The notes beneath the pieces were generated by a model. That model was not told the origin of the DNA. It did no database searches and saw nothing but the letters and a program-made list of their open reading frames with translations. From positions 1,538 to 65,537 of the IMG/VR virus record IMGVR_UViG_3300012231_000010: a DNA stretch of 64,000 nt, one strand, 5' to 3'. Below, one piece after another: positions 41,336-48,897 of the stretch; position 1 is the stretch's first letter; each line of letters begins with the position of its first letter. The stretch comes from a virus. Lineage: Duplodnaviria; Caudoviricetes. A program made the translations under genes and the position numbers.

Positions 41336-41440
41336 TGGTCGGGGCGGGTGGGCCTTTCACCCCTCCAGCGTGGCCGATATACCGGATATCGGCGCGACGG
41401 CGGCTTGTTTCCCGCTGCGTTTATCTTTCGCCACGCCCCG
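41336..41440 (-). ncRNA. Non-canonical class II-like tRNA-like RNA B (105 nt, long variable arm)
   Basis: Acceptor CGGGGCG/CGCCCCG-A-CCA; D-arm GCG-AAAGATAAA-CGC; GCGG-GAAACAAG-CCGC; variable stem GCCGATAT/ATATCGGC; T-loop TGAAAGG. Confidence 0.8.
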
Positions 41441-41446
41441 TAAAAT

Positions 41447-41521
41447 TGGTCAGTGAGAGAGGATTCGAACCTCTAATCTCCCGGTTCCAGGCCGGGCACG
41501 ATGCCATTACGCCACCCACTG
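41447..41521 (-). tRNA. trnP: tRNA-Pro(TGG) with atypical C33 and A37
   Basis: C1-G72, A73, CCA; anticodon arm CCCGG-CCTGGAA-CCGGG; T-loop TTCGAAT. Confidence 0.85.
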
Positions 41522-41523
41522 AT

Positions 41524-41597
41524 TGGTTGCAGAACCAGGAATCGAACCTGGGGCTCCAGCTTATGAGACTGGCGAGTTACCACTACTCTATCCCGCA
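41524..41597 (-). tRNA. trnM: tRNA-Met(CAT), initiator-like body; Met versus Ile2 identity not certain
   Basis: TGCGGGA...TTCTGCA-A-CCA, A11-U24, loop CTCATAA; lacks the 3 G-C anticodon-stem pairs of canonical fMet. Confidence 0.85.
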
Positions 41598-41779
41598 AAG
41601 TATTTCCCGGATTCCGTTCCGGGAGCACCCCGAGTCGGCTCACCGCTCGGAGCATGGGATGTATTGCTTCGTCCTCCATCCTGAGGATGCCGGGGGCTTC
41701 CCCAGCCTATTATTCAGGACTCACGCCGGTCTGGATGGACGCAAATTGCCACCCGGATGCAGCAAGCCTGATAAATCAC

Positions 41780-42211
41780 TTACTGCGCCGCATCCGCACC
41801 GCCCCCGAAGTCAATTCCCTTCGGAGTTTGTTCTTCTGTTCCGGCGTCAACGGCGTTCCCTTGCTCAGGAGATACCGGACTTGCTTCTGCGATTTGTTTT
41901 TCATTGGGGGCATCCTCCAAAAAAATCACTTTCTTGTTCGCGTGATCCACCCGGCACTTCTCAGCCGGAAAAATCTTCAGGTTCAGTCCGGAAGTCCCGG
42001 GCGTCTGTGTCAAGATCCCTACGATAGGGGATCCAACCGACAGAATGATCTTGTGGTCTTCCGTCAGGGCACCATACAAAGAAATGATGGCTTTCGAGAG
42101 ATTGTCAAGTTCTGGCTCGGGTGGGTGGACCGGCTGGCCATTGGGTTTCAGGATTTCCGCAGAACCGTCCCCCTGGACTGGCCGCCCGTTTGTGTTCAGA
42201 ATTTCGCTCAT
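41780..42211 (-). CDS. Hypothetical protein
   Basis: 143 aa; short N-terminal duplication SEILNTNGRPV / AEILKPNGQPV. Confidence 0.6.
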   Translation of the reverse strand: MSEILNTNGRPVQGDGSAEILKPNGQPVHPPEPELDNLSKAIISLYGALTEDHKIILSVGSPIVGILTQTPGTSGLNLKIFPAEKCRVDHANKKVIFLEDAPNEKQIAEASPVSPEQGNAVDAGTEEQTPKGIDFGGGADAAQ

Positions 42212-42870
42212 AAGTTGTGTGCTTTAATTAACCGCCTGATAGTGGAGGCGTGCCACTTTTTACCATCCCGAGATTTATGTCCGTTGCGATTGAAAGCATC
42301 AGCGATATACTGGACAGAAAAATGATTCCGTCTATACGCCCTTACCTTCTCAATAAGAGTAACTTCATATTCAGTCTGCCCGTAAGGTTTACGGCCTTCG
42401 CACCGGCCGGTTTCCCGCCGCACCCTGGCGCGACCCGAGGCGAGTTTCTTCACAATGACCGACTTCTCCCACTCGGCGAGCGCGCCGAGAATCTGCCGAA
42501 TCAACTTACGGCTGGGATCCGCGTCATTGAGGGCCAGCTCCTCGCCAGTATCGGCGGCGTAAACCTCGATTCCTCTGGCGCGGCACTCACGAAAAAATAT
42601 CTCGGACACGATCAAGTCGCGCGCGATCCGGTCGGCGCGCTCAACAATGATGCACCCGCCCTCGCGCTCCGCCCTGACAATGCACTCCGACAACTCCGGG
42701 CGGTCAAGCGAATCTATCGTGCCGCTGACCCCCTCGTCTTTAAAGGTATCCACAAGATCAAAGGCCATAGTCCGGGCAAATGCGATGCAGGTTTGCGCCT
42801 GCCGCTCCAGACCGTCCCCCTCAACCTGAGACTTACCGGATACCCGCAAATAAGCGTATGCTTGTTTCAT
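42208..42870 (-). CDS. Serine recombinase (resolvase/invertase family)
   Basis: YAYLRVSGKSQ, GLERQ, DEGVSG...RPEL, IVERADRIARD; C-terminal IADAFN...GKKWHASTIRRLI. Confidence 0.92.
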   Translation of the reverse strand: MKQAYAYLRVSGKSQVEGDGLERQAQTCIAFARTMAFDLVDTFKDEGVSGTIDSLDRPELSECIVRAEREGGCIIVERADRIARDLIVSEIFFRECRARGIEVYAADTGEELALNDADPSRKLIRQILGALAEWEKSVIVKKLASGRARVRRETGRCEGRKPYGQTEYEVTLIEKVRAYRRNHFSVQYIADAFNRNGHKSRDGKKWHASTIRRLIKAHNL

Positions 42871-42904
42871 ACCCTACACTACCTCAAGTCCGGGTGCAGG
42901 TCAA
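42871..42904 (-). promoter_or_regulatory. Class I promoter (leaderless) for recombinase
   Basis: TTGACC-N17-TAGTGT-N5-ATG. Confidence 0.55.
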
Positions 42905-43118
42905 GTTTTTTATCAAACTCCAGATCCTCGTTAATACGGCGGCATATTTCAGCCGGGGCCTGGTCAGCAAACAAGGGTTCCTTGCGCCCCCGGAAGTATA
43001 TTTCACTTTGCACGCCCGGGCATCCAGCGTGCTCCAGACACTCATGCGCTGGCAGAACCGCAACAACCTCCTTGGTTGCGATATACCCAGCCCTCCCATA
43101 CTGTGAAATCTTAGTCAT
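42879..43118 (-). CDS. Hypothetical protein
   Basis: 79-aa ORF, 4-nt overlap with upstream gene. Confidence 0.55.
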   Translation of the reverse strand: MTKISQYGRAGYIATKEVVAVLPAHECLEHAGCPGVQSEIYFRGRKEPLFADQAPAEICRRINEDLEFDKKLDLHPDLR

Positions 43119-43807
43119 ACCTCGGGATCCAGGGTTGCGTGCTGCGGCGGCAGGTGAAAAATGTGCTCGGGATCCTCCTGGGGATCCACTTCAAAGAGCC
43201 GCTCCTGGATGGTGGCTAGCGATAAGGTCCGTTCCCCAATCAGCCGGGAGATCACTTTTGCCAGCGAGTCCAACGGAATCCGGTAACCCTTCTGGTAATA
43301 CTTCAGCACGCGCAGCAAGCTTCCCCCGGGGGCCTCGTCGCGGACTGGGGCGCGATAAACCAACCGCTTCGCGGCCACGTCCTCATAAAAGGTGTCCAGG
43401 CAAACCGACTGCCAGTGAACACCGTCAAAATAAACGGCCGCCCCACAGCAAGTGAAATCAAAACTCTCCACTAGTTCAACGGGATTGGTGAACTTCCAGC
43501 GGTGAATGATCTGGATGGTGGGCTCTGGGCCGATGATGGTGTAGGCATTATCCGTCTCGTGCAACCGGGTATTCACACGGGCTTCCAAAAACAGCGCGCG
43601 CAAATTTCCCATGAGAACATGAGCCAATTCCTTGGAGTCAGTGAACAAATCAATGTCATTGACTTCGTCACCCGCCACGATGGACCGGATGAAGCCGCCA
43701 CCGGCAAACACCCTGCCGGGCCACCCTTTGGACTTCATCAGTTCCCGGACGACTTTCGGAATTCGCCGAACCGCCGTTTGCAGATCCCAGTTATTCAATT
43801 GTTTCAT
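43115..43807 (-). CDS. Class II nucleotidyltransferase head domain (CCA-adding / poly(A) polymerase-like)
   Basis: VFAGGGFIRS...NDIDLF (DxD) and SFDFTCC (RRDFT-like). Confidence 0.8.
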   Translation of the reverse strand: MKQLNNWDLQTAVRRIPKVVRELMKSKGWPGRVFAGGGFIRSIVAGDEVNDIDLFTDSKELAHVLMGNLRALFLEARVNTRLHETDNAYTIIGPEPTIQIIHRWKFTNPVELVESFDFTCCGAAVYFDGVHWQSVCLDTFYEDVAAKRLVYRAPVRDEAPGGSLLRVLKYYQKGYRIPLDSLAKVISRLIGERTLSLATIQERLFEVDPQEDPEHIFHLPPQHATLDPEV

Positions 43808-43844
43808 ACTTTTATTTAATACAACCGAGTTTGTGTTAAGTCAA
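43808..43844 (-). promoter_or_regulatory. Class I-like promoter
   Basis: TTGACT-N17-TATTAA-N8-ATG. Confidence 0.45.
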
Positions 43845-43845
43845 A

Positions 43846-44043
43846 TTAAAACGACGACTGGCACATTTCACGGACAACCTCTATGGGCTCAATCACGACG
43901 ACATACCCAGCGAGATCAGCCCCAAAAATCTGTGTCCCGTTGGGGTCCCCGTTCGCCGAAACATTAACCGCCAAAGCCCCGATCTTCCATTTCGGAATGT
44001 AGACCGGGTAACCTAAAGCATCCGTAAGTTTGATAAACGCCAT
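43846..44043 (-). CDS. Hypothetical protein
   Basis: 65-aa ORF in operon. Confidence 0.6.
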   Translation of the reverse strand: MAFIKLTDALGYPVYIPKWKIGALAVNVSANGDPNGTQIFGADLAGYVVVIEPIEVVREMCQSSF

Positions 44044-44828
44044 TATATTACTCCTAGTTTTGTTGCAACCTCGCGCATTGAATACCCCGCCATCACGCCG
44101 CCCAGCATTTTAAAATCAACCCCGGCAGGGCCGTGAAAACCGGCGCTCAGATCCCAATCTGTAGCCTGCTCCCAGTTCACAAATTCAATATCATGCCCAT
44201 TAATATCCGCGACAAATCCCAACGTGTTAAACTCAGCGAAAGTCTGGGGGAAAGTGCTCTTGCAAGAAAACACATAGCTGGAAAAAGCCTTCTTGTGCTT
44301 GCGCTCGATGATCGTCCGTGCGTCCTTGTAAACCGGAGCGGGTATCACAATGGGAAACTTGCGCATATACTCGCGTAGCGGGCGCGCGCCGATGGCCTCC
44401 TTCACTGCCTCCTGCCAGTTGCGAAGCGGCCAATTCTGGGGCGTTATCAGCTTTGAATACTCGCCATAATACCAAATCGAGCGGCCCGGGCGCTTGAACA
44501 GCCGCGCCACATTAAACGGTTTCAGGATCAGGCAATCCGAATCAATGTGGATGTAGTGCGAAAACCCCGGGGCGTATTTGTCAGCCTCGCACTTTACGCA
44601 CTGCTGCGCGTTGAATCCGGCTCCCGCCGGTTCATCAAAATAAAAATAGCGCGCGCGCGCGCCCGCATCGGGGAGCGGGAGCCTCTCCTGGAAAAACTCC
44701 CGGTCGCAATTCGGGATGCCCACCGCGATATGATACTCACCTTGGGCAAACTTGACAATTGACCGGACGCACCACTTGAACATTTCCCAATCGCGCCGGA
44801 ACGAGACAATATAAAAACAGGGGTTCAT
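44043..44828 (-). CDS. GT-A-like protein (paralogue 1)
   Basis: HYIHIDSDCLI DxD motif, FAEFNTLG; clear paralogue of neighbour. Confidence 0.6.
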   Translation of the reverse strand: MNPCFYIVSFRRDWEMFKWCVRSIVKFAQGEYHIAVGIPNCDREFFQERLPLPDAGARARYFYFDEPAGAGFNAQQCVKCEADKYAPGFSHYIHIDSDCLILKPFNVARLFKRPGRSIWYYGEYSKLITPQNWPLRNWQEAVKEAIGARPLREYMRKFPIVIPAPVYKDARTIIERKHKKAFSSYVFSCKSTFPQTFAEFNTLGFVADINGHDIEFVNWEQATDWDLSAGFHGPAGVDFKMLGGVMAGYSMREVATKLGVI

Positions 44829-45619
44829 TCAATGCCCAGCTCCTTGGCCACCCCGCGCGCTGACAACCCTGCTGAGGGGCCGTCCGGCATCACAAAATCC
44901 GGCCCGCCATGCGTCCAAAACTGCGCGAACGTCCCCTTGCCCCAAGCTGGAGTCTCCCGAACAAACCGCTTCCAGGCAATCGGATGGTTCTTCACATTGG
45001 CGCAAAATCCCAGGGTGTTATACTCAGCGAAGGTCTGGGGATACGCGTTCTCACAGTTAATAACGTATTCCCCGAAGTCCTGCTTCGTGTGCCGCTCCAC
45101 CATGCCTCGCGTGGCAGCGTAGGTATCGTGCGGGATGACAATGGGGAAGCACCGCATATACTCCTTGCGGGGGTTGAGCCCGGTGGCCAGCTTCACCGCG
45201 TGTTGCCAGCACTTCAGATTCGCGTTCTGCGACATGATCTCCGCGTAGTAATCGTAATACCAGATCCCCCGGCCGTTCTCGAAAAAGATGGAAACATCCA
45301 GCGGCTTGCGGAGCAGGCAGTCCGAATCCACATGAATATAGTGGCTAAAACCAGGGGCCTCCAGATCCGCGCGGCACTCAATCTTCTGGTGGGTGTTGAA
45401 CCCCTTGCCCGCCGGTTCCTCAAACGAAAAGATCCGCATGCGGCCCCCAAGTATTTCACGCTCGCGGCCAAATAGCGCCGTCGCAAGCGCCAGATCCGAA
45501 TCGGGGACCCCAACAGTGAGATCCCAGTCCCCGCGCATGTTGAGAATCAGGGAGCGAACAGCCCAGACCGCCATGAGCAAATCCCGGCGGAAGGTGACAA
45601 GATAAAAACAGGGGTTCAT
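44825..45619 (-). CDS. GT-A-like protein (paralogue 2)
   Basis: Same MNPCFY start, HYIHVDSDCLL, FAEYNTLG. Confidence 0.6.
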   Translation of the reverse strand: MNPCFYLVTFRRDLLMAVWAVRSLILNMRGDWDLTVGVPDSDLALATALFGREREILGGRMRIFSFEEPAGKGFNTHQKIECRADLEAPGFSHYIHVDSDCLLRKPLDVSIFFENGRGIWYYDYYAEIMSQNANLKCWQHAVKLATGLNPRKEYMRCFPIVIPHDTYAATRGMVERHTKQDFGEYVINCENAYPQTFAEYNTLGFCANVKNHPIAWKRFVRETPAWGKGTFAQFWTHGGPDFVMPDGPSAGLSARGVAKELGIE

Positions 45620-45915
45620 TCGCGGGGGTAGTTCAGGCCCAGCTTAACCCAATTTGCCATCTTGGACTTGATATAGCCCACGCCGGACGCCACTTGCTGT
45701 ATGTGCGTCTCCAGTGAAGCGGTGTGCTGGCCACTGTCCCAGTCATTCTGCCGCCCAGCATACGAAATCAGTAGCAGCCGCGCGGAATTTGAAAGATCAT
45801 CTGGCCACTTACCGGCATCATTAATTGCAGCAGCCAGCCTTTCACGTCCTAACCGGGTTTGTTCGTCTAATTCGCCTACAAGTTTTCCCAGCTCACAAAA
45901 AGATTCAGGTTTCAT
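45616..45915 (-). CDS. Hypothetical protein
   Basis: 99-aa ORF, coupled overlaps. Confidence 0.55.
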   Translation of the reverse strand: MKPESFCELGKLVGELDEQTRLGRERLAAAINDAGKWPDDLSNSARLLLISYAGRQNDWDSGQHTASLETHIQQVASGVGYIKSKMANWVKLGLNYPRE

Positions 45916-46094
45916 ATTGGTAACAATTCTTGGTCTCGGGAGTCAATGTCATGGACGTAATCTTTGCACACCTGGCAAATGTGGTCCTCGCCGGGGATCG
46001 AGTCATAGGTGCGCTTCCACATGGCGGGGGCGCGCCAACAGTAGCAGCACATTTCCCGGCCCTGTTCGTCGCAGTTATGTGCTTCGGCGCTCAT
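45912..46094 (-). CDS. Small Cys-rich protein
   Basis: CCYC...CQVC. Confidence 0.55.
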   Translation of the reverse strand: MSAEAHNCDEQGREMCCYCWRAPAMWKRTYDSIPGEDHICQVCKDYVHDIDSRDQELLPI

Positions 46095-46654
46095 TAGTGG
46101 CTCCCCTTGGGAATACCATCGTTCTCAAGCAGCACCTTGTAAAGGTGACTGCTGCGGCAGTGGAAAACAATGATCCCCTCCGGTTTGGAATACCCAGGGG
46201 CGGCGACGCTGCCCCCGTGGCGAAGGCTCTCCAGGGCCGCCTCGATGCGCTTAGTGTCAAACCTGGGGACAACTTCCAGCGTCGGGACCACGCGACAGCA
46301 CTTGGGCCGCACTGCGTCATCGGTCCACTTGTGGACGTTGAACAGCGAGAACCGGCGCTCATGCAAATCATAAGCCCGGTTGATGCCACAGCCCCACCAC
46401 TCGCCGAAGTGCCGTCCGGGGCCCAGCTTGAGCAGCTCTTCGCGGTTCTGCTCGACCCAAAGGGCAAACCCATAATTGTCCCCTTTACCGGGGGTAAGCC
46501 ATCGAGTGCGGGACCCGGCGAGTATTGGGCCCCCGTCGTAGGCGATAAAAATTTGCGCGTTTGTGCCGTCAATTTTCTCCGTGATGATCACCGCGTCGTT
46601 GAAAAGGCGGGGGATCTTCGCGAACGCCTCGAATTTTAGTAATGGTTCATTCAT
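46094..46654 (-). CDS. RNA ligase (Rnl2-like adenylyltransferase domain)
   Basis: ITEKIDGTNA (motif I), GSRTRW, FGEWWG, FSLFN, EGIIV, KVLL. Confidence 0.88.
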   Translation of the reverse strand: MNEPLLKFEAFAKIPRLFNDAVIITEKIDGTNAQIFIAYDGGPILAGSRTRWLTPGKGDNYGFALWVEQNREELLKLGPGRHFGEWWGCGINRAYDLHERRFSLFNVHKWTDDAVRPKCCRVVPTLEVVPRFDTKRIEAALESLRHGGSVAAPGYSKPEGIIVFHCRSSHLYKVLLENDGIPKGSH

Positions 46655-46660
46655 AAGTTT

Positions 46661-47008
46661 TCAAAACAACACTCTGATAAAAACGAACGCGACCGCAAAA
46701 GCCAGCGCATAGAAAAACAAAGCAACAAAAATCGGGCGCGCATCCCGCCACCAAAGGGCCCTCAGTTGGCAGCTAGCGCGCTGCTCCCCGTCCCGCTGGA
46801 TCAGGAGACGCCCGAGATACCGCTCAGCGTGGGCGTCAAAAGCATCCGGCGCAAAATCCTGCTGGCGCAACCTGCAATATTTCTTGGGCTCCGTGGTTGT
46901 CCAGATACGCCACGCGCTGCCCGTAGGGACAAACCGCTTCACGATGGTCCGGATTTTAATTCCCGAAAACCGGGCATCAGAGCAGGAATGTCTGGGCAAT
47001 TCGCTCAT
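46661..47008 (-). CDS. Hypothetical protein with C-terminal transmembrane segment
   Basis: 115 aa, hydrophobic C-terminus. Confidence 0.5.
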   Translation of the reverse strand: MSELPRHSCSDARFSGIKIRTIVKRFVPTGSAWRIWTTTEPKKYCRLRQQDFAPDAFDAHAERYLGRLLIQRDGEQRASCQLRALWWRDARPIFVALFFYALAFAVAFVFIRVLF

Positions 47009-47226
47009 AAATTTTCAAAATACCAAGCCAACAGGAACCACGGAGGCACCATCATCAGCCAGGTTATAGAAAAAATCAGGCAGGGCTCTGCTACAGGCGG
47101 CATTTTGTCTTGGGACCAGTTCAGAAATCTCCGCCAGCACGCAGGCGGGCGCTCCATACACGCGGCAAACACTAAGGTTTCCAGCGTGCAGATCCCCGCC
47201 CAGGCGCTAAACATGCAGAGGATCAT
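47005..47226 (-). CDS. Small membrane protein
   Basis: 73 aa, two hydrophobic segments. Confidence 0.5.
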   Translation of the reverse strand: MILCMFSAWAGICTLETLVFAACMERPPACWRRFLNWSQDKMPPVAEPCLIFSITWLMMVPPWFLLAWYFENL

Positions 47227-47357
47227 ACATCAAAAAGCAGGATCCGCGCGGCCAGCGAGACAAAGGCGAAAATGATCCAGACCATGACCGCGAGGCCCGA
47301 TAGCACAATCAGCGTGACCACCAGTGAAACCAACGTTTGTATGAATTTATCGTTCAT
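47223..47357 (-). CDS. Small membrane protein (44 aa, MNDKFIQTLVSLVV...)
   Basis: Read manually; overlaps both neighbours; single hydrophobic helix. Confidence 0.5.
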   Translation of the reverse strand: MNDKFIQTLVSLVVTLIVLSGLAVMVWIIFAFVSLAARILLFDV

Positions 47358-47589
47358 GATTCTTACAGTTGCCTTTGTGCGTCCATTCGGTCAGGACGCA
47401 GATATACTCGCACCCGTCATAGGTGCCGACCCGGACATTTTGCAGCTCTCGCGGCGGGGGCGCTGTGTGATCCTCTTTTGGGCAAAAGGCGCTCAATAGG
47501 ATACCAATTCCGATTGCCGCGCCAGCCAGGGTCAATACGACCACTGAACTAGCAACAATTTTTTCGAAAGTCTCGGATGGGTTATTCAT
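47347..47589 (-). CDS. Membrane-anchored small protein with GCEY...THKGNCKNH motif (paralogue 1)
   Basis: N-terminal TM, YDGCEYI...THKGNCKNHER; start re-called. Confidence 0.7.
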   Translation of the reverse strand: MNNPSETFEKIVASSVVVLTLAGAAIGIGILLSAFCPKEDHTAPPPRELQNVRVGTYDGCEYICVLTEWTHKGNCKNHER

Positions 47590-47797
47590 GATTTTTGCAG
47601 TTGCCTTTGTGGGTGAGCACGGGATATCCGTAATAAGTTTCCCAATGAAAATACTCGCAGCCCTCGATCTCGACCACCTGCGGGCTGGCAACCCGTTTCT
47701 CCTGGGCCCTATCCAGAGTCACTCCCAACCAAATGGCAAGGCCCAATACACCACCAATTGCAGTCACAATAAAAATATTTTCGTTGCTTGATTTCAC
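47582..47797 (-). CDS. Membrane-anchored small protein with GCEY...THKGNCKNH motif (paralogue 2)
   Basis: N-terminal TM, IEGCEYF...THKGNCKNHE. Confidence 0.7.
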   Translation of the reverse strand: MKSSNENIFIVTAIGGVLGLAIWLGVTLDRAQEKRVASPQVVEIEGCEYFHWETYYGYPVLTHKGNCKNHE

Positions 47798-48081
47798 GAC
47801 TTCACCCCGCGCCGGTTAAGGTCCGCCACCAGCCAGAAGATAGCCTCCTGGATCTTGGTGATGGCTAACGCTCGCTCGCGGGAGGCGGACGAATTCTGGA
47901 AACGATGAAGCGTAACCTCCAGGTCGAACAAACCCCGCCGGGTTTGGCTCAGCTCAAATTGAATCAGCGCATCGCCGGGCGGATCACAAGTGGGGATCCC
48001 CTTGAACGCCTGGGGCGCGGCAGTTGAATTGCATGATTCATGGGCGAGAATATTTTTGCTACTGTGGGTATCTTCACTCAT
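47794..48081 (-). CDS. Acb2/Tad1-like helical hairpin protein (candidate signalling-nucleotide sponge)
   Basis: LHRFQ...SRERALAITKIQEAIFWL...RRGV matches my recollection of the Acb2/Tad1 hairpin consensus; not searched. Confidence 0.6.
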   Translation of the reverse strand: MSEDTHSSKNILAHESCNSTAAPQAFKGIPTCDPPGDALIQFELSQTRRGLFDLEVTLHRFQNSSASRERALAITKIQEAIFWLVADLNRRGVKS

Positions 48082-48097
48082 AATAGTATCGTGCCAT

Positions 48098-48126
48098 TAA
48101 GGTGCCATGAAAAAGTTTTGTGTCAA
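48098..48126 (-). promoter_or_regulatory. Class II promoter
   Basis: TTGACA-N16-CACCTT(AAT), ATG 16 nt later. Confidence 0.5.
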
Positions 48127-48458
48127 ACATAGGGGGCCAGGACGTGGACAATCTTTTTATCCTGCCCCAGTCGAAGTGGAAATGACTCGTTCCGGAAGCG
48201 AACCGGAACGTCAAACAAATCTTTGATTTCATCGCGGAGCCGCTTCACCGTCATCGTCTTTCTGTTCCTAACCACTGGCAACACTCCATCAGGCATAACG
48301 AAAAAATGAATCTCATAGGGGGCGTTCTCCCAGGCAGGATTCTTGATCCAGCATTTCGGTATGCCATGTAGTTTTGGCGACTGAATACCCACAGCGCGCG
48401 CGGCGGACATCGCTGCCACACCGATTGCCACTGATCGAAGAAAAGTTCGCCTATTCAT
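48123..48458 (-). CDS. Protein with twin-arginine-like N-terminus
   Basis: MNRRTFLRSVAIGVAAMSAARA; ATGA overlap with upstream gene. Confidence 0.6.
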   Translation of the reverse strand: MNRRTFLRSVAIGVAAMSAARAVGIQSPKLHGIPKCWIKNPAWENAPYEIHFFVMPDGVLPVVRNRKTMTVKRLRDEIKDLFDVPVRFRNESFPLRLGQDKKIVHVLAPYV

Positions 48459-48745
48459 GAAATCGTTCTGTATACTGGTTCCTGCAAGTCGGGGGCGGAC
48501 GGGGGGCCGTAAATCGTCCACACTCGGGAATACGGGCTGACTAGGCCGCTTTTGCCGACTGCTTTCATCCGAAACTGATACTGACCTTCATCCGGGATTT
48601 TGCGCGTGTGTGAACAATCACCGCGACCCACCGATGCAATTGTCTCCCAGATGTGGTTGTTCCTCGGCCCGTTCATTTCGATCCGATATTCAATGATCTC
48701 TTCGCACACTGGATTCGAATCCCATTTCAATGTGACTTCTCGCAT
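48455..48745 (-). CDS. Stand-alone FN3-domain protein
   Basis: VTLKWDSNP...IIEYRI...YQFRMKAVGKSGLVSPYS. Confidence 0.75.
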   Translation of the reverse strand: MREVTLKWDSNPVCEEIIEYRIEMNGPRNNHIWETIASVGRGDCSHTRKIPDEGQYQFRMKAVGKSGLVSPYSRVWTIYGPPSAPDLQEPVYRTIS

Positions 48746-48784
48746 AACTTTCGGTAATTTAACACACCCGCTTCCTGTTGTCAA
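48746..48784 (-). promoter_or_regulatory. Class I promoter (copy 1 of duplicated cassette)
   Basis: TTGACA-N17-TAAATT-accgaaagtt-ATG; near-identical to 49132..49170. Confidence 0.75.
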
Positions 48785-48813
48785 CCCCGCGAAGCTTCCG
48801 GGGGTGTTTTTTT
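48782..48813 (+). terminator. Terminator-like hairpin oriented against the local genes
   Basis: CAACCCCG/CGGGGGTG stem followed by T7 on + strand. Confidence 0.45.
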
Positions 48814-48897
48814 GGCGGCCCAGTGAACTTTAACCCCCTGGGAACTTTACCAAAAAAGGCGTAGGCAACCGAATAGGGGGCACTAACCCAATTGGGG

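Noticed and set aside
41254-42027. ORFs overlapping the tRNA array (41254..42027 +, 41473..41679 -, 41654..42325 +)
   Set aside because: They run through tRNA genes or antisense to a real gene; translations are typical tRNA-derived nonsense
42208-42870. IS607-type transposase or large serine integrase
   Set aside because: No N-terminal MerR-like HTH, no TnpB, too short for a large serine integrase, and no att or terminal repeats seen
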